The notes: a model not told the origin generated them from the sequence alone. Positions 51,346-61,345 are shown, counted from the first letter of the whole stretch. The stretch: DNA of 63,196 bases, filler included, from Candidatus Tectimicrobiota bacterium (GCA_016193065.1; 5 parts of 5 records of this genome joined end to end with filler, not necessarily neighbours in it), one strand, 5' to 3'. Translations and numbers: made by a program.

Positions 51346-52626
51346 ATGAATTCGCTTGCCCTGATCTTTCCAAGGAGCCCGGGCTCAACGAGCGGCGATC
51401 GGGAGTGGAAGCCGTTCCTTGGGCACCTCAGGGTCCCTAAAGGCTGGCAGGTGTCCTGGCAGGGAATCCCCGATCCTCCCCCTGCCGGCTTCATCCCGGA
51501 AATTGGCTCCCCTTCGATCCTCCTGTTCTGTGCCCGGTCGGAAGTGGATTACCCCTTCATCGTCCGGGTGCTGGATCTTCTGGGACTGGACCGCAGCCGC
51601 CGGAGTCATAAGAAGGGCCGCTCCAGTTCCCCCTGGGTGCTCGTCTATCTGAAAACACCGGGAATTAATCCGGAACCCCTGGCCCCGTTCGTGGACGGAT
51701 TTCTCCTGGGCGAGCCGGAGAAAATTCTTCCCCCCGTCTGCGTTGCTTTCCCCCGGAACCGGGAGTTCTGGACGTCGCCGGCGGCGATCGTTCCCGGGTT
51801 GTACGTTCCCCGAAACTATCGTGTCGAGTATACCCCTGCAGGCGTGATCCGGGGGATCAAGCCCCGTTCCCCGTTTTCTCAGCCGGTGCCGTATCGTTGC
51901 CCCTTGCCGGCAGCCTGGTGGCGCCGCCACTTTCCCGGTGCAAGCGGCAGCGGGGCGGTTGCGCGGGGGAAGAGAGCCGCACTGTGGCCCGTGGGCAGCA
52001 GCGCGAAGCTGCGCCGGCTTCTCGGCAGGCCTCCCGAAGAGGAGCATTACCTCTCGCAAGTGCCGGGCCTGCTTCAGCGCGGAGCTGAAAACTTTACCCT
52101 CCACTTCTTCGTGGGACTGCCGGGAGAAGGAGCCGAAGACCGGGAAGGGATCATTCGCCTCGTGAAGCGCCTGAGGCATGCGGTGTTCCAGTTCCGCCGC
52201 CCCACTCTCTTTAGCGGCCTGATTACTGTGAACCTGGTCAGCTTCTCCCCGAAGCCCTTTAGTCCCCTGCAGTGGGAAGGCATGTTCCCGCTTTCTCTCC
52301 TCCAACTCCAGATGAAGGCCCTAGTGTCCAAGTTGCGGGCAATCCCTGGAGTTCACGTAGTTCACGATCTACCCAAGTGGGCTTACCTTTACGGAATCTT
52401 GGCCCGGGGAGACCGGCGCGCGGGGGAGTTCCTGCGGGCCCTGGCCCGCCGGGGAGGGGACTGGTGGTCTGCCTTGAGCGAGGTGAACCTCAACCCGGAT
52501 TTTTACACGGTGCGTCAGCGCTCTCTGGAGGAGTCGCTGCCCTGGGACCACCTGGAGGGACCTGTCCCGCGGCAGAAGCTGGAAGATCAGGCGAGGGCCT
52601 GGCGAGAGCAAGCGGTTCGGTCTTAG
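51346..52626 (+). CDS. Degenerate radical-SAM-family homolog lacking CxxxCxxC
   Basis: NPEPLAPFVD, GLYVP, FFVGLPGE, FSPKPFSPLQW, LARGDRR, LPWDH match the family usually found after ftsZ. Confidence 0.7.
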   Translation: MNSLALIFPRSPGSTSGDREWKPFLGHLRVPKGWQVSWQGIPDPPPAGFIPEIGSPSILLFCARSEVDYPFIVRVLDLLGLDRSRRSHKKGRSSSPWVLVYLKTPGINPEPLAPFVDGFLLGEPEKILPPVCVAFPRNREFWTSPAAIVPGLYVPRNYRVEYTPAGVIRGIKPRSPFSQPVPYRCPLPAAWWRRHFPGASGSGAVARGKRAALWPVGSSAKLRRLLGRPPEEEHYLSQVPGLLQRGAENFTLHFFVGLPGEGAEDREGIIRLVKRLRHAVFQFRRPTLFSGLITVNLVSFSPKPFSPLQWEGMFPLSLLQLQMKALVSKLRAIPGVHVVHDLPKWAYLYGILARGDRRAGEFLRALARRGGDWWSALSEVNLNPDFYTVRQRSLEESLPWDHLEGPVPRQKLEDQARAWREQAVRS

Positions 52627-52753
52627 GCTTAGAGCTGAGTGCTAAGGGCTAAGGGCGGGGCAACACCCACAAGGTGGGTACCCGGCCCCGGCAGCGGCCA
52701 GTCTTAAGTTTTCCTTGAAATTTAGGGCCTTGGGTGCTATAGGACACACCCAT

Positions 52754-53467
52754 ATGGTGGATCAGTCCCTGCAGGAAAGCCTGGCTCGGGTGCGGGAGAG
52801 AATCGAGCGGGCAGCCAGAACCTCCGGCCGCCGCCCTGAGAAAATCAAGCTTGTGGCAGTCACCAAAACCTTTCCGGTGGAGGTGATCCGGGAAGCTGTA
52901 GAACTGGGGGTTACCTGCTTCGGAGAAAACCGGGTGCAGGAAGCTCGGGAAAAGATTCCCGCCATTGGCCGGGGGGTAGAGTGGCACCTGATCGGCACTC
53001 TGCAGCGCAACAAGGTGAAGTACATCTTCGATTTGTTTGATATGGTGCAGTCCCTGGATAGTTTCGCGCTCGGACAGGAGATCGAGGATCGGGGCCGGGC
53101 CCGGGGGAGGGTCATGCCTGTTCTGGTGGAGGTCAATGTGTCCGGGGAAGCGAGCAAGTCGGGCGTCCGCCCCGAAGAACTCCCCGAGTTGTTGAGAAGG
53201 CTCTCCGACTTTCGCCATTTGGCGGTTAAGGGACTCATGGCGATTCCCCCCCTGACGCCGAACCCGGAGGAGGCCCGCCCCTATTTTCGGGAGTTGCGCC
53301 GTCTGCGGGATCAGGTGGCGTCCGAAGGGATTCGGGGGATTGAGCTGGAAGAACTCTCCATGGGCATGTCGGCGGATTTTGAAGTGGCCATTGCCGAGGG
53401 GGCAAGCATGGTCAGGATCGGCACGGCGATTTTCGGCGCCAGGAACCCTAAGGCGGAAAGGAATTAG
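52754..53467 (+). CDS. yggS: PLP homeostasis protein YggS
   Basis: VAVTK, FGENRVQE, WHLIG, LSMGMS, VRIGTAIFG. Confidence 0.95.
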   Translation: MVDQSLQESLARVRERIERAARTSGRRPEKIKLVAVTKTFPVEVIREAVELGVTCFGENRVQEAREKIPAIGRGVEWHLIGTLQRNKVKYIFDLFDMVQSLDSFALGQEIEDRGRARGRVMPVLVEVNVSGEASKSGVRPEELPELLRRLSDFRHLAVKGLMAIPPLTPNPEEARPYFRELRRLRDQVASEGIRGIELEELSMGMSADFEVAIAEGASMVRIGTAIFGARNPKAERN

Positions 53468-53470
53468 GAG

Positions 53471-54298
53471 ATGTTGTCCAAGAAACGACTGGCCATCATT
53501 GGCGGCGGCAACATGGGCGAGGCCCTCCTGCGCGGCCTTTTGAAGGTCGATTTCATCAAGCCGGGCAACGTCTTTGTGACCGATATACGCGCCGAGCATC
53601 TGGAGGCACTGCGTCAGGGCTACGGTGTCGAAGTCACCCCGGACAACCTGGAGGCCGCCCGGGCCTGTGACATCGTCCTGCTGGCGGTCAAACCGCAGAT
53701 CATCAAGAAAGTTTACACCGGGATCGTGGGCGGCTTGGACGAGAAGAAGGTCATCATCACGATCGCGGCGGGCGTCCCTACCGCGGCGCTGCAGGCCCTC
53801 TCGGATAAGAAGCTGCGGATCGTCCGGGTCATGCCGAACACCCCGGCTCTGGTCCTGGAGGGGGCGGCGGCCATCGCCGCAGGGGAGTACGCGGAGAGTG
53901 AGGATCTGGAAATCGCCGAGAAGATTTTCCAGGCGGTGGGCAAGACCGTGATCATCGAGGAAGATCTCATGGATGCCGTCACCGGTCTCAGCGGCAGCGG
54001 TCCGGCCTATATCTTCCTCATCATCGAGGCTCTGGCGGATTCCGGAGTGAAGATGGGGCTATCCCGGGAGGTTGCCATGTTCCTGGCGGCCCAGACGGTC
54101 ATGGGGGCCGCCAAAATGGTTTTGGAGACGGGGGAACATCCGGGAAAGCTCAAAGACATGGTAACCTCTCCCGGAGGTACTGCAATTGCCGGCCTGCACA
54201 CGCTGGAGGCGGGAGGGTTGCGGACGACGCTCATCAACGCTGTGGAGACCGCCACACTGCGCTCCCGGGAGCTGGGCCAGAACCAGGGTAAAAAATGA
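53471..54298 (+). CDS. proC: Pyrroline-5-carboxylate reductase
   Basis: GGGNMG, AVKP, RVMPNTP, SGSGPAY, VTSPGG. Confidence 0.97.
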   Translation: MLSKKRLAIIGGGNMGEALLRGLLKVDFIKPGNVFVTDIRAEHLEALRQGYGVEVTPDNLEAARACDIVLLAVKPQIIKKVYTGIVGGLDEKKVIITIAAGVPTAALQALSDKKLRIVRVMPNTPALVLEGAAAIAAGEYAESEDLEIAEKIFQAVGKTVIIEEDLMDAVTGLSGSGPAYIFLIIEALADSGVKMGLSREVAMFLAAQTVMGAAKMVLETGEHPGKLKDMVTSPGGTAIAGLHTLEAGGLRTTLINAVETATLRSRELGQNQGKK

Positions 54299-54338
54299 CC
54301 TGCACTGCCATCGAAACAGCTAAGATTGGGGAGGCGGA

Positions 54339-54641
54339 ATGTTCCTCGTCGGCAACTTCCTCTCGGCGCTAGCAACCGTCCTCGACTACGCCTTGAGTCT
54401 CTACATGATCATCATCATCATTCGCGCGCTCATTTCCTGGGTGAGCCCTGACCCTTACAACCCCATCGTGCGCTTTCTCTACGCGGTCACCGAGCCGGTC
54501 CTGAGCCCGGTCCGCCGCTGGCTGCCGTTTGCCTCCATGGGGATCGACTTCTCGCCGGTGATCGTGTTTTTTGTCATCATCTTTCTAAAAGGTTTTGTCG
54601 TCGCCTCCTTAAGTCAACTGGCTTTCCGCTTGAAGTTCTAA
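54339..54641 (+). CDS. yggT: YggT family membrane protein
   Basis: ISWVSPDPYNP, TEPVL, IDFSP. Confidence 0.93.
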   Translation: MFLVGNFLSALATVLDYALSLYMIIIIIRALISWVSPDPYNPIVRFLYAVTEPVLSPVRRWLPFASMGIDFSPVIVFFVIIFLKGFVVASLSQLAFRLKF

Positions 54642-54693
54642 AAGGCTCGAGGGGTTCTTAGACGGGGAGTGTCGGGGAAAAAGGAGACCGAGG

Positions 54694-55287
54694 ATGAAGA
54701 TCACGCCGTTGGATATCCGCCAGCAGCAGTTTGGAGTCAAGTTCAGGGGCTTTGACCCGGCCGAGGTGGACGCTTTCCTGGATATGGTCGCCACCGAGAT
54801 GGAAGAGATTATCCAGGAAAGGGACAGTTTCAGGGATCAACTGGAGCGGCGGCAGCAGGATCTGGCGGAATATAAGGAGCGGGAACGGGACCTGCAAAAA
54901 TCCCTCTCCGCCGTCCAGCAGGTGCGGGAGAGTCTCACGGAAGGCGCCACCCGGGAGGCCCAGCTCATCGTGGAAGAAGCCAAGCAGCGGACCGCGGAGA
55001 TGATCACCAAAGCCGAGGAAGAACTGGGCAAAATCCGCGCCGAAGTGCACCGCCTGCAGGGGCTCAAGAAGACTTTTGAAATCCGGCTCCGCTCCACGCT
55101 CGACTCCTTCCAAAAGATGCTGGAGCTGGACGAGGCGGAAGTCTTCGAAGAGCCCGGGGCGGCCGGGGAAGTCTCGGGGAAGGCGGGAAAGAGAACGGCG
55201 CAGCGGGAAAGGTCTCCCGCCGGTGCCTCTGCGGAAGCCTCCGACGACGAGAGGGAAGAAGGGTTCGAAGGAACTGATGGGGATTGA
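54694..55287 (+). CDS. DivIVA domain protein
   Basis: ITPLDI..F..KFRGFDPAEVDAFL followed by coiled coil. Confidence 0.92.
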   Translation: MKITPLDIRQQQFGVKFRGFDPAEVDAFLDMVATEMEEIIQERDSFRDQLERRQQDLAEYKERERDLQKSLSAVQQVRESLTEGATREAQLIVEEAKQRTAEMITKAEEELGKIRAEVHRLQGLKKTFEIRLRSTLDSFQKMLELDEAEVFEEPGAAGEVSGKAGKRTAQRERSPAGASAEASDDEREEGFEGTDGD

Positions 55288-55588
55288 ACCTCTTCCGGTC
55301 GTAGAGGACGAGGGTGGAGTGGCCTTTCCCATCCATGTTCAGCCCCGCTCCTCGCGCTCCGAGGTGGTCGGCGTGTCCGGTGAGTTCCTCAAGGTTCGGG
55401 TTTGCGCCCCTCCGGTGGAGGGGGTTGCCAATGAGGAGTGTCTTCGCATTTTGGCCAAGTGGCTCCACGTTCCCCGTGCTGCCGTCGCGATTGTGGCGGG
55501 TGGAAAGTCCAGGCGAAAGCGGGTCCGGGTCGAGGGCCTCAATCGGGCCCAACTGATGGCTTGCCTCGCCCGTGTGCCACATGATTAA
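55277..55588 (+). CDS. DUF167/YggU family protein
   Basis: VQPRSSR, APPVEGVAN, GGKSRRK. Confidence 0.9.
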   Translation: MGIEPLPVVEDEGGVAFPIHVQPRSSRSEVVGVSGEFLKVRVCAPPVEGVANEECLRILAKWLHVPRAAVAIVAGGKSRRKRVRVEGLNRAQLMACLARVPHD

Positions 55589-56627
55589 GCCCCTCGATTA
55601 CCGCGACGGAGTCCTCTACTTTCTTGATCAGAGGCGTCTGCCCCAGGAAGAAACTTACGTGCCCTGCCGGACCGACCAGGAGGTGGCCGAAGCGATCCGC
55701 TCCATGATCGTGCGCGGTGCCCCGGCCATCGGGATTGCCGCAGCGTTTGGAATGGTCCTGGGGGCCCGCAGGCTCGCTGCCCGGACCTCCGGGGAACTTT
55801 TGGCGGGATTGGAGGGAGTGGCAGCGACACTCACCGCGACCCGCCCGACTGCCCGGAATCTTTTCTGGGGAGTCGAGCGGATGAGGGCCTGCGCGCTCCG
55901 CTGTAGAGACCGGGCAGTGGAGGATATCTGCAGAGAACTGGAGGCCGAGGCCCTCCGCGTTTGGGAGGAGGACATTGCCGGAAACCGGAAGATCGGCCAG
56001 GCCGGTCAGAAATTTCTTGGAGACGGCAGCGCCGTCCTTACCCATTGCAATGCGGGCGCTCTGGCCACGGGCGGCTACGGAACAGCAATTGGTGTCGTGC
56101 GGGCGGCTGTGGAGGCGGGGAAGAAACTCGTGGTCTACGTGGACGAAACTCGCCCCTTCCTGCAGGGGAGTCGCCTTACGGCCTGGGAGCTTCTCAAAGA
56201 CGGCATCCCCTTGCGCTTGATCACGGACAGCATGGCGGGCCACTTGATGAAGCGGGGCGTGATCCAGGCCGTGATCGTCGGGGCCGACCGCATCGCCGCC
56301 AACGGGGACGTGGCCAACAAGATCGGCACCTACATGCTTGCCGTTCTGGCCAAGGAAAACGGCCTCCCCTTTTACGTCGCGGCTCCCTTTTCGACGATCG
56401 ATCTCTCGGTTTCCAGCGGTGAGGAGATCCCGATTGAAGAGAGACCGGCCCGGGAGGTGACGCATCTGGCCGGTGAGGCTTTGGCTCCGGAAGGGGTTGA
56501 GGTATGCAATCCGGCCTTTGACGTTACTCCGGCGGCCTACGTGACGGCCATGTTCACCGACCGGGGAGCTATTTTCCCCCCCTTTGCCGAGAACCTGGCG
56601 AGAGCTGCCGGGGAGAAGGTGGACTAG
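55581..56627 (+). CDS. mtnA: Methylthioribose-1-phosphate isomerase
   Basis: LDQRRLP, VRGAPAIG, RPTARNL, THCNAG, ETRP, ANKIGT. Confidence 0.95.
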   Translation: MIKPLDYRDGVLYFLDQRRLPQEETYVPCRTDQEVAEAIRSMIVRGAPAIGIAAAFGMVLGARRLAARTSGELLAGLEGVAATLTATRPTARNLFWGVERMRACALRCRDRAVEDICRELEAEALRVWEEDIAGNRKIGQAGQKFLGDGSAVLTHCNAGALATGGYGTAIGVVRAAVEAGKKLVVYVDETRPFLQGSRLTAWELLKDGIPLRLITDSMAGHLMKRGVIQAVIVGADRIAANGDVANKIGTYMLAVLAKENGLPFYVAAPFSTIDLSVSSGEEIPIEERPAREVTHLAGEALAPEGVEVCNPAFDVTPAAYVTAMFTDRGAIFPPFAENLARAAGEKVD

Positions 56628-57691
56628 CCGCGCAGGCCGGCCCTTACTTCCCCAACGGCCTCCGCAATGACGCGGAGTTTGGCGACGGCCTCATCCACGG
56701 TGCGCGTCTTGAGGCCGCAGTCGGGATCCACGTAAACTCTCTCGGGGGGGATTACTTCCAGAATCTCCCGAATCCGCTTCGCCACCGTCTCTTTGTCCTC
56801 GATGACGTGGGAGTGCACGTCCACTACCCCGAACCCCATCTCCTTGGTGAAGGGATATTTGCGGATCGCTTCCAGGAAATTTAACTGGGAGTTGGAGAAT
56901 TCCAGATCGAGACGGTCCACGGGGATTTCCAGGATCTTGGGATAAATCTTCTCGAAGGTGCCGTAGCAGAGGTGGGTGATGGTTTTTGCCTTAAGCCCGT
57001 CGACGACNNNNNNNNNNNNNNNNNNNNNNNNNNNNNNNNNNNNNNNNNNNNTTAATTAATTAANNNNNNNNNNNNNNNNNNNNNNNNNNNNNNNNNNNNN
57101 NNNNNNNTCGATGGCCAGGTTCAGCTCATCGACGCGGGCGGAAATGGCGGGCTCGTCAATTTGAATGAATCGGGCGCCGGCCGCTTCCAGCTCCTGAGCC
57201 TCCAGGCGGATCACCTCCGCCCAGGCCTGCGCCGCCCGGGCCCGGTTCGGATAATATTCGTTGAAGGACCAGTCCATCAGTGTGTAGGGGCCGGTCAGCA
57301 TGCCGATGATGGGCCGGGAGGTCAGGCTCTGCGCAAATTGGAACCACTCCACCGTGATGGAACGGGGCCGCTCGATGGGGCCCACGATGATCGGCTTCTT
57401 GTAGTAGCGGTTGCCGTAAGAGCGCACCGGCTCGCTGATGACGCAGCCCTTGATGTTCTCGGCGAAATACGTGGCCATGTCGCCGCGGTACATCTCTCCG
57501 TCCACCAGGAGATCGTAATCCATCTCCTCCTGGGTGCGGATCCAGAATTCCGTGGCTTCCCTCTCCAGTTTGTTGAGCTCCTGAGGGGAGATTTTCCCTT
57601 TCTGAAACAGAGCGCGAGCCTTCATGAGGTTTTCCGGCTTGGGGAAACTGCCCACGGAAGTGGTCGGTAACTTTGGGGACAGTGGTCTCAT
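56624..57691 (-). CDS. Cobalamin-independent methionine synthase catalytic half; interrupted by linker 57008-57107
   Basis: PTTSVGSFP, DGEMYRGDM, SYGNRYY, QIDEPA, then THLCYG, DLEF, DPDCGLKT. Confidence 0.9.
57008..57107. other. Artificial contig linker inside the metE gene
   Basis: N44-TTAATTAATTAA-N44. Confidence 0.99.
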
Positions 57692-58650
57692 CCCTTGACT
57701 CCCTCGAATTCCCGGACCAGTGTGACTAGATTCCGGACTTTGTTGCGGCAGCGATCCAGGGGCAAGAATTCCAGGTTCGCGCTGGGGGCAACGGAAAGCG
57801 AGCCGGGTTTCACAGCGGTGAGGATTTGCTCCAGGGCCTGGAAGATCTCGTCCCGGGACTCGAGGCGGGTATTCCTGGCGTCCATGATCCCGGCCAGGAA
57901 ACGGCGGTCCAGGGAGCGTCCTTTGAGGAGCCGGGCCGCGTCCGGGGTATAGGTGAAATCAAAGCCGACCTCCTCTACCGGAAAATCGAGGAGGTCGTTT
58001 AAGACGGGAGTTGCGTCTCCAAAATAGAAATAAAGTGTGGTGCTGGCCCGGATCCCCTCGAAGAGGCGCTTCATGGCCCTCTGGAACCGGGGCATCTCTT
58101 CGGGGAACTGCAGGATCGCGGGTTCGTTCACGTGCAGGAACTTGACCCCCTGCGCCTGTAGGGTCAGGAGTTCCGCGTTGAGAGACGTGGAGAGATCCTC
58201 CAAGAAATCGTCTTCTCGGGGATAAGCGGGGGCCGAGGAAAGTTTGGACAGGGTAAACGGACCGGTCACGATCACTTTTATCGGAACGGGGGAGCAGGAG
58301 CTGGCAAACTGGAAATCGCTGACCAGAACCGGGGCCTTCCAGGAGACCTTCCCCTGGGCGATGGGCTTGCGGTAGTAAACGTTCGTATCGAAATAGCGCA
58401 CCAGGCCGTTGACCGTGACCCCGGCAAGCCCCTTGGCGAGATAAGTCACCTCATCGTCCCAGCGCACGCAGCCGTCCGAGACCAGGTCCAGCCCCAGCCC
58501 CGCTTGCTCCTCGATGGTGAGGCGGGTGACTTCTTTATAGGTCTGATCCAGCGCCCCGGGACCCTGGCGGTCTGCCTCTCGAAGAGCCCGGCGCAATTTC
58601 TGATCACCAATTGTCTTGGGGTATCCCCCCACCACAGTTGTCCGGATCAT
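57688..58650 (-). CDS. MetE-like non-catalytic half (split MetE partner)
   Basis: VGGYPK, SDG, RYFDTNVYYRKP, TGPFTL, GIMDARNT; Zn ligands absent; 4-nt overlap with downstream gene. Confidence 0.82.
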   Translation of the reverse strand: MIRTTVVGGYPKTIGDQKLRRALREADRQGPGALDQTYKEVTRLTIEEQAGLGLDLVSDGCVRWDDEVTYLAKGLAGVTVNGLVRYFDTNVYYRKPIAQGKVSWKAPVLVSDFQFASSCSPVPIKVIVTGPFTLSKLSSAPAYPREDDFLEDLSTSLNAELLTLQAQGVKFLHVNEPAILQFPEEMPRFQRAMKRLFEGIRASTTLYFYFGDATPVLNDLLDFPVEEVGFDFTYTPDAARLLKGRSLDRRFLAGIMDARNTRLESRDEIFQALEQILTAVKPGSLSVAPSANLEFLPLDRCRNKVRNLVTLVREFEGVKG

Positions 58651-58853
58651 TAGGATTTCCTTGACTCAGTGGATTTATTTTACGCCTTGATGGGCCCTCT
58701 TTGCCGGCCCGATCTGGCAGGGTTCGTTCAGGGGGTAGAGCATACCAGCGGTCTGCCCGTAAAACAACCTGAAAATTCCCGTCTTTGACCTTGACCGGGA
58801 CCGGGAGTTTCAGTAAAAACTGAGGAGCCGACCGAGAGGAAGCGGAGGACAAA

Positions 58854-59051
58854 ATGACACTCCAGGAATTCTATGGGATTTGCGACCGCGTGGAAAAGCA
58901 GGAAACCGTTTATCTGGAGCGAGACGATGGCCTTAAGGCGAAGGTGCTGGGAACGTTGCGGGGGGCCCAGTCCTTTTGGGTCGAGGTATGGGGCTCGGGA
59001 AAACTCGAAGCCTGGCACCACCAGGAGGTAAAAGGGGAGACGAAACCGTAA
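58854..59051 (+). CDS. Small hypothetical protein, 65 aa
   Basis: GGAGG RBS 7 nt before ATG; fills otherwise empty gap. Confidence 0.6.
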   Translation: MTLQEFYGICDRVEKQETVYLERDDGLKAKVLGTLRGAQSFWVEVWGSGKLEAWHHQEVKGETKP

Positions 59052-59146
59052 CCTCTGTTCGCCGCCGCCTTCTGCCGGAAGAATTCCCACCTCCTTATAG
59101 CCGCAAGCCTCCGGCGGTTAGTCTTGCACTGAGGATCCGAGAAAAA

Positions 59147-60397
59147 TCAGTGAGCTGGATTGATCTGTCCCGACATCCTCCCCTCGGGCAAGTCGATCAC
59201 CGCAATGGCGTTGGCGTGAGAGCAAGCCACATAGGCGCGCTTTCCGCTCGGGTCAAAGGCGATGTGCGAAGCCCCGCCTCCGATTTGGAGCCTGGCAGCA
59301 ACCTCTCTTGTGGAAGTGTCAATCAAGGCGCATTCCCCCGAGCCAAAACAGGCAACCACCAGGAATTGCCCATCGGGGGAGAGCTCGATCCCGTGCGGAT
59401 AGGAACCCACCGGAATGCGGCCCAGGCGCCGCCAATCCTTGGTCTCGATGACCGCCACCTCATCGGCCAGAAAATTGGAGACGTAGAGAAATTTCCCGTT
59501 GGGATTCAGGCGCGGCACGTGAGCCCCGGGGCCCGAGGGGGCCGAGACCACGACGGCCTGGCTGCGGGTATCGATCACCGTGATTCCGTTGGCAAAGGAG
59601 GTGGCCACCAGAGCGTAGCGACCGTCCTCGGTGAAGGTGAGATGAGAAGCGCCGAGCCCCGAGGGAATCCGTTTGACGACTTGCGCAGTGGAAAGATCGA
59701 CCACACAGACTTCTCCCGAGACCGCGCAGGGGATGTAGGCGTATCGACCATCTGGGGTGACAGAGGGATCATGGGGCCCCTGACCGACAGGGAGGGTTTT
59801 CTCGCCACTGACGGAAGTGGCGTCGATAATGCTCACGTCACCGGACTGAGGACCTGTGACGACAATGAATTTCCCGTCGGGAGAGACGCAGGGGAGCTGC
59901 GGGCCTTTAGCCACGCCAACCGTTCCCACCTTTTCCCGGCGGGTGGTCTCGATCACTGACACGTCGTTGGAGACTGAATTTGCCACGTAGACGAAGCGGC
60001 CGTCGGGGCTCAAAGCGAGGTGAGATGCCCCCTCTCCGGTTTTGATCCTGCCCAGTGTTTTTCCACTTGAGGCCTCAAAGACCCACAGGCTCTCCCGGCG
60101 GTCCGCCGAGTAAATGATCTTCCCGTCAGGGCTGGTCTTCAGGTCGTGCAGGCCGATGCCCGTCTCCAGGGGTGGATATTCGCTGTGCCGGACTGCAACT
60201 TCCCACTCTCCTTCCTTCTCTTGGATCTGGTACTTATAGCCAGCTTCCAGGAGGTTCATGCAGGGGCCGTAGGGCTCCTCAGGGAAGGCGACCGTTAGGG
60301 TGTGCCCGGAGGGTAAGCCGCCCAGGGTGCGGCGTAGGGCGGCGGCCCACTGGGCCCGGTCGGTGGATCGCATGTCAAGTCGGGCTTCGGTATCCAT
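59147..60397 (-). CDS. YVTN/YncE-type beta-propeller with N-terminal TusA/DUF2249-like domain
   Basis: About eight SPDG..YVAN..VSVID repeats; ~70-aa N-terminal alpha/beta domain. Confidence 0.8.
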   Translation of the reverse strand: MDTEARLDMRSTDRAQWAAALRRTLGGLPSGHTLTVAFPEEPYGPCMNLLEAGYKYQIQEKEGEWEVAVRHSEYPPLETGIGLHDLKTSPDGKIIYSADRRESLWVFEASSGKTLGRIKTGEGASHLALSPDGRFVYVANSVSNDVSVIETTRREKVGTVGVAKGPQLPCVSPDGKFIVVTGPQSGDVSIIDATSVSGEKTLPVGQGPHDPSVTPDGRYAYIPCAVSGEVCVVDLSTAQVVKRIPSGLGASHLTFTEDGRYALVATSFANGITVIDTRSQAVVVSAPSGPGAHVPRLNPNGKFLYVSNFLADEVAVIETKDWRRLGRIPVGSYPHGIELSPDGQFLVVACFGSGECALIDTSTREVAARLQIGGGASHIAFDPSGKRAYVACSHANAIAVIDLPEGRMSGQINPAH

Positions 60398-60546
60398 GGT
60401 TTTCTCCCCCTCGGAGCTTGAGGATTCGCTGCGGTTCAGCGGGCGCTCGTCCCTTCGTTTCAGTCAGGCGGGTGAAGCGATGAAAACCCTAGCCTCTCCT
60501 CGGGGTGGAAGTCAACAGGGTTTTCGCTGGCTTGGGCTTGCGATCC

Positions 60547-60575
60547 TTGACACTGGTGGGGGGGTTAAGTATAGT
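60547..60575 (+). promoter_or_regulatory. Sigma70 promoter of tRNA pair
   Basis: TTGACA-17nt-TATAGT. Confidence 0.85.
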
Positions 60576-60587
60576 GGCCTTGGGTGC

Positions 60588-60663
60588 GGGCGGATAGCTC
60601 AGTTGGGAGAGCGCAGCCCTTACAAGGCTGAGGTCACAGGTTCGATCCCTGTTCCGCCTACCA
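60588..60663 (+). tRNA. tRNA-Val(TAC)
   Basis: Cloverleaf; anticodon arm CAGCC-CTTACAA-GGCTG; GGTTCGA; encoded CCA. Confidence 0.97.
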
Positions 60664-60687
60664 TGCCGTGCCTCCTCCCTTTTCGGT

Positions 60688-60764
60688 GGGGCCGTAGTTC
60701 AGTTGGTTAGAACGCTGGCCTGTCAAGCCAGAGGTCACGGGTTCAAGTCCCGTCGGCCCCGCCA
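60688..60764 (+). tRNA. tRNA-Asp(GTC)
   Basis: Anticodon arm CTGGC-CTGTCAA-GCCAG; GGTTCAA; encoded CCA. Confidence 0.97.
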
Positions 60765-61072
60765 TCAAATCCCCAAGAACCGATTGAGAAATCAGAGGTT
60801 TCGTTTTCTCCTTCGTCAGGGTCGGTCTGGCCAAATCTGCCTCTGTCGGGAATCTTTTGGCGCAAATCTGGCGCAAGAGAAAACTTCCCGAACAGATTTC
60901 CGAGTGCGGGGAATTCCAAAACGCCTCCCGAAACGCCCCCCGAAACCGTTTTGGCTCGCAACTCTCGGTTAGAAGAAGGCGCTCTCGGAATCTCTGCCCC
61001 CCGACTTTTTAGGTCGCCTCCTTCTCGTCGGCTCCATAAGTTCACCCGCGCCAAACCCTCCTGGCGCCCACC

Positions 61073-61315
61073 TTGGCTCATCAGTTTCCTTCCCAACTCC
61101 CCCAGGGGCTCCAGGACGAGATCTTCGGGAATGTAGCCTCCATCGTTGCTTTCAACCTGAGCGCCAAGGATGCTTCGGCGGTGCGAAAGGAGTTCCTGGA
61201 GGATCCTCTTACGGAAGAGCCGGCCCGGCCGGTATCTCTGGAGACGCTCGTTGCTCTCAGGCCTGGCCAAGCTGTAGCACGGCTGGGCGGTGGGGCCTTT
61301 GCCCTTCGACAGTAA
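61073..61315 (+). pseudogene. C-terminal fragment of a VirD4/TraD-like coupling protein
   Basis: LAHQFPSQL..IFGNVASIVAF..SAKDA..LVALRPGQAVAR; no Walker motifs upstream. Confidence 0.65.
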
Positions 61316-61345
61316 AGCCCCTAGTTATGCACTGAGGGACACGAT

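Noticed and set aside
58651-58800. SAM/SAH riboswitch upstream of split metE
   Set aside because: No recognisable aptamer consensus, only short stems.
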